Positions 11,206 through 24,330 of a DNA stretch of 64,000 nucleotides are shown here, piece by piece. Origin of the DNA: Glycera tridactyla (Eukaryota); assembly GCA_965644265.1 (NCBI GenBank), contig OZ286467.1:45818001-45882000 (forward strand), in the 5' to 3' direction. The translations under genes and the position numbers were made by a program. Positions within the stretch are counted from its first letter, which is position 1; the number at the start of each line of letters is the position of its first letter. The notes under the pieces are model-generated. The model did no database searches. It saw only the letters and a program-made list of their open reading frames with translations, and had not been told where the DNA came from.

Positions 11206-12449
11206 CGCCACAGAAGGCCCAACATTCAGCTCCTTCGAGACTGCCCTCTTCGAGACCTCTGTCTCTGTCGATGCCTCTGTCTCTGTCTCGGTCTCCCCTN
11301 NNNNNNNNNNNNNNNNNNNNNNNNNNNNNNNNNNNNNNNNNNNNNNNNNNNNNNNNNNNNNNNNNNNNNNNNNNNNNNNNNNNNNNNNNNNNNNNNNNNN
11401 NNNNNNNNNNNNNNNNNNNNNNNNNNNNNNNNNNNNNNNNNNNNNNNAACAGATGTATTCTTTCTTCTTCCCAGGTCATCAATTGCATAATTACTGCCTT
11501 CAATCTATGTACCCTTCAGTGCGATAATGCTGGGCATGTGTATGAATGCGATATTGAAGTCAATGATCCTCAAATGATACGTACGACTTTTATAACTCAC
11601 ACTTGTACGTACGGAATGTATTCTTTCTCACGTGTTATGGGTGTGAAGAAGATATGTAGGTTTGTAAAACATGCTCGGTTAATGAAAGAATGTACAAATG
11701 TCACTCCTCCTGTGATATGTGGGGGCATACACGTGTTGTTACGATGATCCTGGGGGCGGTGTTCAGCTGACTACAGCTTTCACCACACGGCTTAGACAAC
11801 CGCTCACCCAGCTTCATTCATCTGGAAACCTCGAATAAACCACCTGCCCTCTCCGACCCAGATCCTGAGATCCAGTGTCAGAACCCACAATCCAGATCAT
11901 CTTGAACTTCATAGTAGGAGAGGTGTTGGCTCTTGGTTGGTTTGGTTGGGTTGGGTAAGGTTGGGTACGTATTATGACATCAGTGTTGAACATTCAAAGT
12001 AAGGTTGCCCCTGAGATGAAGGGTTTGAACATCAATTTGAAAGCTTAAGTAGGAGGGAATTCCCAGCATACTGATTTGTGTTCAGTTAGTCTCAAAAACA
12101 CCCCCGTAAAACAACCTATCCCACTTTTCAACTTATTGTAACTCCTCTATTATCAGTCAATATCATTCTCCTTGGGCGCTTCTGAGCAAGTCATCCCTCT
12201 CCCAACCCAATGATGAAATAAGGCAAGGGGGAGTAGTTTGGAGATAAACCGTATTAGCAATCCAATCTTGTTCAGAATTAGTGATTTCCATCGATCCAGC
12301 ATGTATAGATGGCTGAAGGCTAATCAGGTAGGTCATGTTGATTGAGCGCTGATGTTTTGCAGCGACATCAGGTGACAAAATGATGTACTACAGCCTCCGT
12401 TAAGCGCACGTCTGTCGAGAAGGTGTCCCAAACACAGACGACAATATCT

Positions 12450-13800
12450 GCGGCTGCCTTGGGTACCTTGATTCACTGAGATATAGGTCAACTCAGAATC
12501 CAAGATAATCACCTTGGTTATGCGTTTGTGAGAAAAACTATGACAGAAGAGATCAGCTGTTTCCTGGCGACGTACTCCCGTGGTTTGGTGAAAAGTAGGT
12601 AGGGGTCGTGGAGGAGGAATTGTGTGCCAAGGGGCACACCCGACAAGCTCAACTGGTAAGATTGACTTTCTGGCAAGCTTTCTGTTATTGTTATATTATA
12701 GCTGCCACCCAGTCTTGTGAAACATTCAGAGCACTCGCTTATATGTTGGCAGATAAAATAAGACCACCTTGTACATTAGCAGGCCTCCGATGGCCCAATG
12801 ATGAGGCCCAGGGCTTCCCTTGATGAACAATGTAGGTTTAATGTCTCATGTTTGCTTACGATGGCGTCGTGGGCGTTGTGGCCATGAAATTACGATTGTT
12901 TAAAGAGACTTTGCCAGTGTAAGAAAGTGTGCACTTGTAAGAAATAATTAATATCCCAAATTCCGACACAATTCGAGACATATTTACTCCGAAACACACT
13001 TTATATAAATATGAAAATGTGAGAGTTTTATGTGATTTTGGAGATTTCCCGAACATCAAAACAATTTAGTTGTAATGTCATGATGCAACTCGTCCACTTG
13101 CTCAAATGATGTTGAATCATGATCTAGGAGGGAGCAGATATAATTGAGTAATGATTTTCCCGGCGATCCCTTCTTTCCAGCGCGAGGAATAGAACGCACA
13201 CCAAATCGTCTGTTCATCAGATTCCGATAGGCGCCCAAACTTGTCTGACTTACAGGTTATCTGTCACCAAGGTCATTTGTATTAATTATGATAGGTAGGG
13301 GACCTAGGGCAGATCCCTGTGTAATGCCAGCAGGTGGTTGCCGCATGAGAGTTCATGATGCCAAGGGCCAAGTGAAGCTCTCGGGCGACTTTAGGCGAAA
13401 GGACCCTGCACTATACGTATTGAAAATGTCCTTGTGCATGTGCGCGAAATTGTTAACTGAGCGCCCGATAACCATCCATAGATATAAAAATAAATTCTCA
13501 CACTTGCCGGAGTGTATGTAGGAGGAGTGAGGGTCTAGCCGCAGCCCAAAATGCAGCCCACGAATATCTTTTATTGGAAAATTCTCAGCTGCTCCAACCA
13601 AATATGCCCCGCACAACATCACTCTCGAACCAAGGACTTTCCCTTGGCATCTTTACTCCTGTAATTAACTGTACAAGTGTCTGCGTGTATTCCAGCCTCA
13701 TTTTTTCCACTCTTGGTTTATTTACTGAGTGAAAGAGCTCGCTCAACGAATAGGCAAGGTTGCATGTTCTTCTCTCCACGTCCTCACAGTTTATTATCCC
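12450..13800 (-). mobile_element. Decayed non-LTR retrotransposon RT region (frameshifted, many stops)
   Basis: The minus strand gives AGITQGSALGP (13297-13330; GVPQGSxLGP motif) followed by INTNDL, then EFGILII, LLMYKVV and LFCHSFS..I in the expected order toward 12480. Confidence 0.7.
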
Positions 13801-15749
13801 AACCTCTGCGTTTAGGCAGAAATTCTTCTATACCAGAGTAGCGAAAAATATGGCAGAAAAGGAGAAAAGTTCATCTTCTGATAATTAGATTCCTGTCGTA
13901 TGTCATTCTTCATTTTCCCCTCAGAATACCAGGTCGGTTACCTCACATGTTGGAGTTGGCTCGAACATATAGGAGGTGTGTTAGAGTCCGCAGATAAATA
14001 GATGGATGCCAAAAAATAGATGGGTGGTGATGACGCGATCATATAATTCTCACGTTTTAGGCGTTCCCGACACCAATTGTGCATGGTTTTCAGTTGCGAC
14101 GCTGTTTGTACGTCACAATCACCGGTCACATGTTCAATGTCGGTACGCTTCTTTGATGACTACGTCGCCGGGATTTATGCGTACAGATCGAGCCTTTCAA
14201 GGATCTCTTTATGGTGACACCATGTTCGTTGATCAGCTGTATATAGACCAACAGAAGCGAATTGACGTCCTGATCACGCTTCCGCCGATGAAATCGTGAG
14301 AAACGATGGTCACAGAAGANNNNNNNNNNNNNNNNNNNNNNNNNNNNNNNNNNNNNNNNNNNNNNNNNNNNNNNNNNNNNNNNNNNNNNNNNNNNNNNNN
14401 NNNNNNNNNNNNNNNNNNNNNNNNNNNNNNNNNNNNNNNNNNNNNNNNNNNNNNNNNNNNNNNNNNNNNNNNNNNNNNNNNNNNNNNNNNNNNNNNNNNN
14501 NNNNNNNNNNNNNNNNNNNNNNNNNNNNNNNNNNNNNNNNNNNNNNNNNNNNNNNNNNNNNNNNNNNNNNNNNNNNNNNNNNNNNNNNNNNNNNNNNNNN
14601 NNNNNNNNNNNNNNNNNNNNNNNNNNNNNNNNNNNNNNNNNNNNNNNNNNNNNNNNNNNNNNNNNNNNNNNNNNNNNNNNNNNNNNNNNNNNNNNNNNNN
14701 NNNNNNNNNNNNNNNNNNNNNNNNNNNNNNNNNNNNNNNNNNNNNNNNNNNNNNNNNNNNNNNNNNNNNNNNNNNNNNNNNNNTAGGTCAGTGGCCATTG
14801 TATAGAGGCGGTCTCTATAGCTGGTCCCAGGTTGGTCTTTCAGAGGATGGACGTACTACTGGCACCACTGGCCCACCGCTGGATTGTCGTGCATTCCTTC
14901 TGTAATCTACACGCTCTCTCTCAGTGCTGAATGTAAACATAATGAGCAGGGGATTTTTGTCTGTGTGGTAGGTTAAGAAGATCTCCTTGAAGCACCCCCG
15001 AAACATCAAACCACGAGGAGATCCACGATGAGGATCGAAAGTTCCAATCAAGTTTGAAAAGGATTGATGTAACCAGCGTGACCGCAGTTTGGTTTAAAAA
15101 CAATGTTTCGAGAGATGTGTTTTGCCTCAATTTCCTGCGTACACATCTATCAGTAGAATAGCTGGAATGCCGGCTATTGAGACCTTGAGAGGCTATCACG
15201 CAGTTCCACCTTATGGACTATGTCCAGGGACGTAAGAGATCCACAACTGTTTTTCGGAAAGAGTAGGGGGTTGCTCCCGGCTCAGTTCTTCTTGCTTCAG
15301 CATTCACTCTTTTATTTCATATTCATTTTGCAATAATCGGTACGATATCACTCATGAGGCGATGAAAGGGCGCTGGACAAAAATTAATCACTGCCTTATA
15401 GAATACCTGCTTCACAACCTAGACATTACTATAATTCGTTACTCTGAAAAAGTGACCGCTGAAATGAATAAGATCACTCACTGCACGTTTATCTATTTCG
15501 GATGAATATCAAAAGACGCGGATGCATTATCTTATCAACAGGTGCCAACAGGTGCGAAAGACGAAGACAAAAAATAAAACCTGATCGTTCAGAATGATTA
15601 TTTTTTCATGTTAGCATGAGGTGAAGGGGTGGTGTAGCAAATGTCAGGTGCGGGTATGCTGGTCACCTGGCGCCAATCTTAATTTCTGACCAACCTTCTT
15701 CAGAAGAATCATACTGGTACACGGGAATGACAGTTAGACAAATGTGTTA

Positions 15750-16330
15750 CCCCATGCCCAGGAAAGATTGAGCTGACATGTCAAGAGGATCCTGGCAAAA
15801 TGTCAACGGAATGTCTGGAATCAGGGGCCTCTTTCTCGAAAGTTAAGGGATCCTCTGACTAGTAATATTGTTTGCGGCTTCTGTGAACATTCCAGCCACC
15901 ACCGACTTGGACTGAACTCAAGAGTAGATTGAAATGGAGCACAGTTTTCGATTTTCTTGGAGATTTTATTAGCTTCATTGTCAAACCCCGTTAGGTTAAA
16001 TTACTCATGTGTACGACATTGGGCTGCCAGCCAATTGCTTTATACCGACCACAATATTTCATCAACTCTAACTCTAACTCAAAATATGGGTTAGTTACCT
16101 GTACAGAATACTGCACAACACCGATGTCTTCCTGAATACAGATCACAAATCCTACCTTAGGTGTCCGTCCTGATGTACATTTGTTTGATTCGTTGATTGG
16201 GTTGGGGTATGACGGCATATTTCGCACAGTACGATGACATCTGGCGTTTATCCAGATCAATAGAGGCTCTGTATCTTCTTTCCCTACAAGCAGCATTTTC
16301 ATAGATGACGCTGAAGACTAAACATTCACC
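15750..16330 (-). mobile_element. Possible decayed apurinic-endonuclease (APE) domain of a LINE
   Basis: Minus-strand RTPKVGFVICIQEDI and VGGGWNVH weakly resemble the APE motifs GGVxIxI and GDFNxH. The orientation and position are correct relative to the 12450-13800 RT. Confidence 0.35.
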
Positions 16331-17510
16331 ACAGTGAAGTGCTTGACTGTTCTAGAGGCATCGTTAATGCTTCGGAAATTTCACGTGAATGAAGATGAAA
16401 TAATCACATTACATCATATCNNNNNNNNNNNNNNNNNNNNNNNNNNNNNNNNNNNNNNNNNNNNNNNNNNNNNNNNNNNNNNNNNNNNNNNNNNNNNNNN
16501 NNNNNNNNNNNNNNNNNNNNNNNNNNNNNNNNNNNNNNNNNNNNNNNNNNNNNNNNNNNNNNGAAGTTCACTTCAACTACATTTGTCCTGCACACAACAG
16601 TATAAGGGAGCACCTATATGAGAACATGATTCTACAAATCGACTTCAAAGAGCTAGCACATATGGACAAATTGAAGATTATGTGTGACTGCCCGAAAATC
16701 AAGCAATTTATTATAGTGCTAGGATCACTATTGATGTCTAGGAGAAAGCTCATGTTTCCATCATGAGCCTTCACCTGATCATACAGATATCAATTCACCT
16801 TTCATTTTTCATTTTCTCATTTATCTGTATAAACAACATATAGTAACCTTATAACACTACTGCCATATCTATTCATCTATCTATTGATCCATCCATCCAT
16901 CATCCAGCCATCCATCCACACATCCTTCCATCCACCCATCCAGGTGAGTGAAAGCCGTGAGACACGAGGAAGACTACTCGTGTAGTACATCGTCATCGTG
17001 CACTCGCGTTGTCCATGCTGTGGCCAGTATATCCATCTCCTAGCTCCTTGCATCAATCAAATCATAGATATGCATTCAGTTCAAGATGGGCTTCATCCAT
17101 CACACACGAGGGTAGGTAATAAGTATGATATGTATATATAAGGACTTCATTTACATTGAAACAGTTGTCATCACATCTACCCAGAATTACGTTTCATATG
17201 CACAAGAAAATTACATTTCGTATTCACAAGGAAATTTACATAACTAATAGATACAAATGCATTTATATCACATTCATACCCTCAATAGATAAACATTTAG
17301 CCCACCCATTCATCATACATACACCATCCACATACACTCACCCATTCATACACATACATAGTCTGGTACAACTGTATTCTATATTGATCATTTTCTTAAA
17401 TTCACTGATAATTGCACATGAAAAGATCGACTATACATGTGCCGATGAGCTTAGTTACATGGTTTAATTTTGCAGGAAGATGGAGGCATGATACATGCCT
17501 CTCGGGTCGA

Positions 17511-17600
17511 TCGGGTGGTCAAATGCATCGTAGGCCCCAGCTAGGTTATATTGGGACGTCTATGCAATGGGTGTGGCAGGAACCATTCATACAAGACACC
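17511..17600 (-). mobile_element. SINE-like repeat, copy 4 (diverged)
   Basis: Reverse complement reads GGTGTCTTGTATGAATGGTTCCTGCCACACCCATTGCATAGACGTCCCAATATAACCTAG. Confidence 0.6.
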
Positions 17601-18459
17601 TTCTGAATGAGCAATGGAACGTAAAACAATATGGAATTGATTTCATCATCCACTGGCACCTCAAAAGGTGAACACTGATGCTGCATGAAACGCCTAGAAA
17701 TCTCCTGATTGAAAACCTACAGTATTAACTGAATATGTGGTGAATTAGGAAATCCCAACATCCCATCTCAAAATCAAAGGGGATGGTAATATGCTATCAC
17801 AGTAGATGACAACTTGCCTGACGTGAAGCTCACATTTTCCCAATGAAAACTAAGCAAACATAGAGTGTTTATCTTCTGGTGGAATGCAGCTGAATGCATG
17901 ACCTTCGCTGTTTGTTTACAACTGACAAGCATGCAGGCGCCATAAGTCAAAACATGTTTGGGAAACTGGAGATTTCATCTTCCAGAAACGTCAGGAAAAA
18001 TCGTATATGTAGAACAAACTTAATGGTGTGCCCCATTAGAGTGGAGAGGAATGTGATTTAGCGATAGATTAAGGATACTGGGGCAGTCAGTGGATATAAG
18101 TATGCTGCCTACAAATACTTGGAATTTAGTGGTTCGAACATGTTATAATTAAGTTCTTTTNNNNNNNNNNNNNNNNNNNNNNNNNNNNNNNNNNNNNNNN
18201 NNNNNNNNNNNNNNNNNNNNNNNNNNNNNNNNNNNNNNNNNNNNNNNNNNNNNNNNNNNNNNNNNNNNNNNNNNNNNNNNNNNNNNNNAATACATATAAA
18301 CATGAACTTAAAATCCCCACGGGTAAAGTCATCGTGTGCAGGCAATATGTACTAACCATCACTTATAATGATCATTACTATACATACATGCATGCACAGC
18401 CTTGCAGTCGTACATATATACAAATACATCCATACACACACGCGCACACACGCACACAG

Positions 18460-18490
<31 letters not shown>

Positions 18491-19479
18491 GCACATATGT
18501 TCCTGTGTTGATATTTCTATGTGGATACTAGCGCCAGTGACATTTACCTTACACCCTGCCTGTCATCTAAATCAGATGTAGGTATAAGTCCTTCTCACGG
18601 TCTCAAACCCCCGCAAGCAGCTATATGCCAGATGTCCACCTAGGCCCACCCAGCCACCCTGGCGCGCCAGTATCTATGTAGAAAACATGCAATATCAGAT
18701 TTTTGATGTCCTTGAGTTTTACTCACTGACATTTATCCCACAGTTGATGAGACATTTCGCATTTATTCCAGTGTCGAGTTCTCCGGGCTCATTTGATATG
18801 TTGACAGGATCTGCTCACTATACTNNNNNNNNNNNNNNNNNNNNNNNNNNNNNNNNNNNNNNNNNNNNNNNNNNNNNNNNNNNNNNNNNNNNNNNNNNNN
18901 NNNNNNNNNNNNNNNNNNNNNNNNNNNNNNNNNNNNNNNNNNNNNNNNNNNNNNNNNNNNNNNNNNNNNNNNNNNNNNNNNACAGCTATTGCTACAATTG
19001 CTACAATTGAAGGGACGTTAAACCCAAACAAACAAATATTCCCAGTATCCTCTCGTTAAGCGGAATGACTGCTACTCCAGATCGACCTCCACACCCTCTC
19101 TACATACCAAGGGCCTCTTTCAAGCACGCGCCAGGACAATAATAAGAACATGTCAGAGGCAGAATAGGTAGATGGGCACCTGAGCTCCCCGGTAATCAGG
19201 TCCAGATAGATTGGACGACGCTTNNNNNNNNNNNNNNNNNNNNNNNNNNNNNNNNNNNNNNNNNNNNNNNNNNNNNNNNNNNNNNNNNNNNNNNNNNNNN
19301 NNNNNNNNNNNNNNNNNNNNNNNNNNNNNNNNNNNNNNNNNNNNNNNNNNNCATCCATCCTTCCACGCACCCAACTTGGATATTTCCTACCCTCGCGTCA
19401 GCTGGCGAGTGGGGGTATATGTGGTGAGAGGGGGGTAGCTTCTCCTCCCATTCCTGGGTTACAAGTCATAACAATAGCC

Positions 19480-20450
19480 TGCAAACAGTGGGCTCTGATT
19501 TACTGATAAGCCGGGAGTGATACATAAAGATCCCACAGAGGGATATGTGTTGATGGAAAGACTCGCTCCCTGGTGCATTCTTGTTCCAGGAAGCATAGGG
19601 GCACCTATTTCTGTACAGATTAGTCATGTGTCTAGTTGCCTTGGTATAAGAAAACCCGTTATGAATGAACGTTTCCATATCTCGCCGATATTTCATATAA
19701 GCATCATGATTGCTGACACGAAGCAACGCCGTCACAGAATAATGTCAGAATCTCTTATGAATGATCCAAATACGGCTTCCGGGTGATATCCAAATGAGAA
19801 CATCTACTGCGCTTAGCTGTTTCGTTGAACTATCAGGTAGAATATTCCTGGTTTTGTGGCTGATACATTCACCAGGCACATGAGATGTATCAACTTCTTG
19901 AATCCTATCCTGTGTGAAGTAATAAACAATCATCATCCGATTATTTAATTTGCGTCGGTTTCAATTCATAAAGCATCACATTTTTGCGGATCATGAATGG
20001 TTAGGCAAAACTGAGGTATAGATTCGGTCTCACCCAGACCTTCTTGGAGAATTTGCTTGCGGATTCTCTGTGCCATTAATGTCAAATCTATTCTTAACGA
20101 AATTTCCACCACTTAAGCTATAAACATTCATCAATGTGAAAGTACCCACGTGGTACATGATTCTAGACTGAAGTGACAAAAGATTTCTATCCTTTATAGA
20201 AATTGGGTAAATGTTTGGTGCCGATTACTGAACAACAGAACTTTTTCAAGTAGTGTCATTGCTCACACGGAAAAGAACCCTGATATTCACACGATAAGAG
20301 CCATGGGAAATCCTGTGGCAGGACCATCGAATGGAAGAAAACTGATTCTATTCAATCTTCATTCAATCTTGCCTGCATACAAGAGCTATATCGTGTTAGG
20401 ATATTTTTCTGTGATTATTTCAAATGTGCGGAGGAAGCCAGTAATATTGC
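19480..20450 (-). mobile_element. Possible highly decayed LINE ORF2 C-terminus
   Basis: Fragments such as EI.ARY and IPRQL...ICT resemble the IExGR..IPR.R.C zinc-knuckle region. Multiple stops and frameshifts; weak. Confidence 0.3.
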
Positions 20451-22953
20451 TGTGGATGTGCATATGAATACCTTGAAAAAAAAATGAAGCTATATTATTG
20501 GATGGCGAGGCCAATTGGCAGGTATCAGATGAGAGGCGGGGCATGATGGTTTGTTCTGGACCTACTCTAATCGATGATTGGATAATGAATACCATAAAAG
20601 ACAAATGCTCATTCTCACTCATCATGATTTTGTAATCCGTGGCAAGGGGACTACAGCTGATCTATCACACATGTAGAAGTGGTAGTAGTAGTAGGTGTAG
20701 AAGTATTAGCAGTAGCAAAGGCAGTAGCAGTATCATTAGTGGTAGCATTAGCAGTGGTGATAGTGGTGGTGGTGGTGGTGTTGTTGGTGGTATTGACCAT
20801 TTTCGATAGATACACCATTGTCCTCCACTGACGACTTCATGGGGATACAGTATGAGAAGGCTGCTCTTGTCATCTTCCAATAAGCTATCATCAAGAGATG
20901 ACATGTGCGAGAGAGAGGCCTAATAAATGATCGGCAACATCACTGTCAGGAGTGTAACGATAGGTTGTGTTTGTAGCAATCAACACGTGGTAAACATGTG
21001 GTGGATTACCCTACCCCTACCCTAACCCCATCCCTAGCTTACACACCACCAGGTGTATGTTAATAGAAGCTGTCAGATGTATACTTCAGACATGTTCAAA
21101 ATAACTACTACCTAGGTCATAGCCAACTGTTTGTTGTTTGTTCCACCATTCGCTAGAAAGAAATTACAGGCGCTGAACACCAACAAATATTGCTTCTTAT
21201 ACCTTGCTACTATCAATGAATAGATTATATTGACATGTGTGTGGTATTTGCGTGAGAAAAGAAGTATCCACTCATGTTATTGTTGTTATCATTATCTTTG
21301 TCGTAATCATTATTATTATTATTGTTATAGTGTGGAAGAAGAGGACCCAAAAAATCACTGCTCCAAAGATATTATTATCGTTATAATTTTTATAGCTCCC
21401 ATTACCGTCTACCCCGCTACCCCATTATTTGATCCAATTGAACACTCTGGGCAGCTATACATTTATTTCAATCAATATCAATGATTTTTGGCGAAGTGGC
21501 CCCGTTTGGCCAACAGTTGGCCCACCCCTCTTCTATTCTAGCCTGAGCGATATTGCTAATAAAGTTTCCAAATCGCAATCTTTTCGATAGCTCGCAATGG
21601 ATGACTGGGTAGATGAGTGTTTAGGCAGAGGGTTGTTCAGAAATACACCAACATGCCGTTGAGATGAATGAAGTGAATGAATAGCCTCCAAGGTGGCTGA
21701 ATGACACCCCAGCCCCAAATCTCAATGTAGCCTGTCATCGCCAGTGTAATGCTCCCGGCTATTCTCAGAACATGAAAATGTTCGCATAAAAATGTGGAGC
21801 ACTCTAGCTATATCAGGGAACAAAGAGGCCGAGTATCCGGCTTTATAGCTGATGTAGGTGGTGAAAGGTATCTTAATTCCCACCCGCCCACTTCCTCCGC
21901 ACACTCCTGTAGCTATGGGTAAAAGTTTCGTTTAATTGGAGATTTATTTGTGATTGAGAAGTCGTGAAGCGATACACTCAGTACCTTGTTATCTGGAATT
22001 GTGGAGGTTCACCCTCTCCCAATATTCCCATCACCTTCTACGTNNNNNNNNNNNNNNNNNNNNNNNNNNNNNNNNNNNNNNNNNNNNNNNNNNNNNNNNN
22101 NNNNNNNNNNNNNNNNNNNNNNNNNNNNNNNNNNNNNNNNNNNNNNNNNNNNNNNNNNNNNNNNNNNNNNNNNNNNNNNNNNNNNNNNNNNNNNNNNNTC
22201 CTGGCAATGATTTGGGGAAAGTCACGGAACTTATAGGTGTAATCTTCTCTTCCACCATCGCATGATGTGCTAACCATAGATGCTACCCATAACATGTTTA
22301 TCATCGTCGATGAGGTATATGTTTCATAGTCCCGTATATTCTCGTATGGATTGATGGGACATAAACCATTCCTAAACCAATCCTTCAATCCTTCAATTCA
22401 GCAATGTCAATCTATCTATCTATCTATCATTCATTTATATCGACACCGACTGACAACAAAATTCAGAACAATAAAGAAACGAGAGAAAAACGCATTACAA
22501 GCAGGACTCGTAATTAGCGAATCTTGTCTTATGCCCATAATTGTCTAATCTGTTCTTTGAGAATTTACCACTATCTGAGTGCTATCATGAACATTTCATC
22601 GATATGAAATTATCTTAATTATCTTTGTAATTCCTGAATCTAGTCTGATGCGTCAAAACAATTCAATCCAATGAAAATTGAGCAAATGGACAACGGAATC
22701 AGTTCAATCCATTGATCATCACGTCTTTGGTGTTGATAATGAAACAATGCGGCTTTATTACGTAGTCTCATTGCCGAATCAAAATAGTCATATCTGCATG
22801 ATCAGGGCCTTGTGATTATGAAGTGGAAGGTGATTCGTTTCACTGAAGCTCAAACGTTCTCGCTGCTCTACCTAAGAGAAAGTGTGCGTGGACAAATAGC
22901 ACTCTCAGTGAGTGAATGAATACGATAAATATCAGTGATATTCCTACCTCCAA

Positions 22954-24290
22954 TTGTACTGGTACAGCCAAATATGTTCTGGAGGTGGAGTTATCCATGT
23001 GTTTGTCTCGTGTGGTGTCCCTCAGGGATCTATCTTGGGGCCATTGTTGTTCAGTTTGTATATTAATGATTTGCCTAACTACTTGAGGGAGACCGCACGA
23101 GTGAAGGATAGAAACAGTCTACAATTGTTTCTATATGCTGACGACACTGCCATCAGTTATAACAGTGGTGCAAGTGCTGACATGGAAGAGAATCTCACAT
23201 ATCTTCTTTTGAGTGTGACGGAATGGATGAGGGCGAATAAATTATCTCTAAATCTACAGAAGACTAAATTAATGGTAATGGGCCTACCGACCAAATTAAG
23301 AGATTTCAGAGAGATCAGCATTAGCACCATTGATAGCACCTTGGAGTCAGTGGATCGAATGAAATATTTGGGCGTAATGCTCGACCCCACCTTGACATTC
23401 AAACACCATGTTTCTTATGTTAAGTCAAAAACAGTCAGTCGAATAGGTGTCTTGGGAAGGTTAAGATGTGTTGTGAGCCAAAAGACTTCTCTCATGTTGT
23501 ACAAGACTCTCATATTGCCCCAATTTGATTATGCGGATGTAGTGTTTAACTGTCTCTCTCAGAGGGACAGTTACACACTACAGAAGCTCCAAAATATGGC
23601 ACTTCGCTATATAGCACGCAAACCTCGTTATTATAGCACTGATACTCTCCACCATGATCTGCATGTTCAATGTTTATATGACCGTAGAGTGGAACACGAA
23701 CTGATATGTGTAAATGATATGGTGACTGGGAAGTACTCATGTGAGCCAATATGTAAGCTGTCTATTCCATCACATCAACATCAGACAAGGTCTATGGAAA
23801 AACAGCTAATGCACGTGGGCAAAAATAAATATAAGTTGGTTGATAAGAATTTTAGGCACCGTGCGTCAGTTCGTTGGAATACATTCCTAGAAACAAATCC
23901 TGAGATGGTGTTGATGGAATCGAAGGCTTTTAAGAGGTATTTGAAGGGTAGAAGAGAAACATGAAACCTGATCCTGGAAGATATACCATTATACAATTAG
24001 TATAATGTGATGATATTGGTAAGAAGATGTATCGAGAAGATGGTGTCCCATCAAAATTTGCTTGTAACGTCATGTGCATGACAAATCGGTTGTATCATAT
24101 ATCAATCATCCTCATGTCACTCATACTCGTCCTCACCTACATTGTAATTATTCACCACCATCTCATTGTATCGTACGTTTGCATGTGTTTATTTTGTTAT
24201 GCATCGTCACCCTGAAAATGAATGCTGTATATACGTGTATAATTGTATTGACGATAATAAATAAGTGTTAAAATCAAAAAAAATGAAAGA
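22954..24290 (+). mobile_element. 5'-truncated non-LTR retrotransposon (L2/CR1 group, Crack/Daphne-like) with open RT C-terminal half and 3'UTR
   Basis: 336-codon frame 22954..23964 with CGVPQGSILGPLLFSLYINDLP, LYADDT, KYLGVMLD, LILPQFDYADVV, LQKLQNMALR and WN motifs. A ~320-nt 3'UTR ends in AATAAATAAG...AAAAAAAA followed by (GA)n. No TSD found. Confidence 0.93.
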
Positions 24291-24294
24291 GAGA

Positions 24295-24327
<33 letters not shown>
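24286..24327. repeat. (GA)n microsatellite at the LINE 3' end
   Basis: Direct reading of the sequence. Confidence 0.97.

Positions 24328-24330
<3 letters not shown>

Noticed and set aside
4134-22388. Long ORFs containing X runs
   Set aside because: They are open only because they cross N-gaps.
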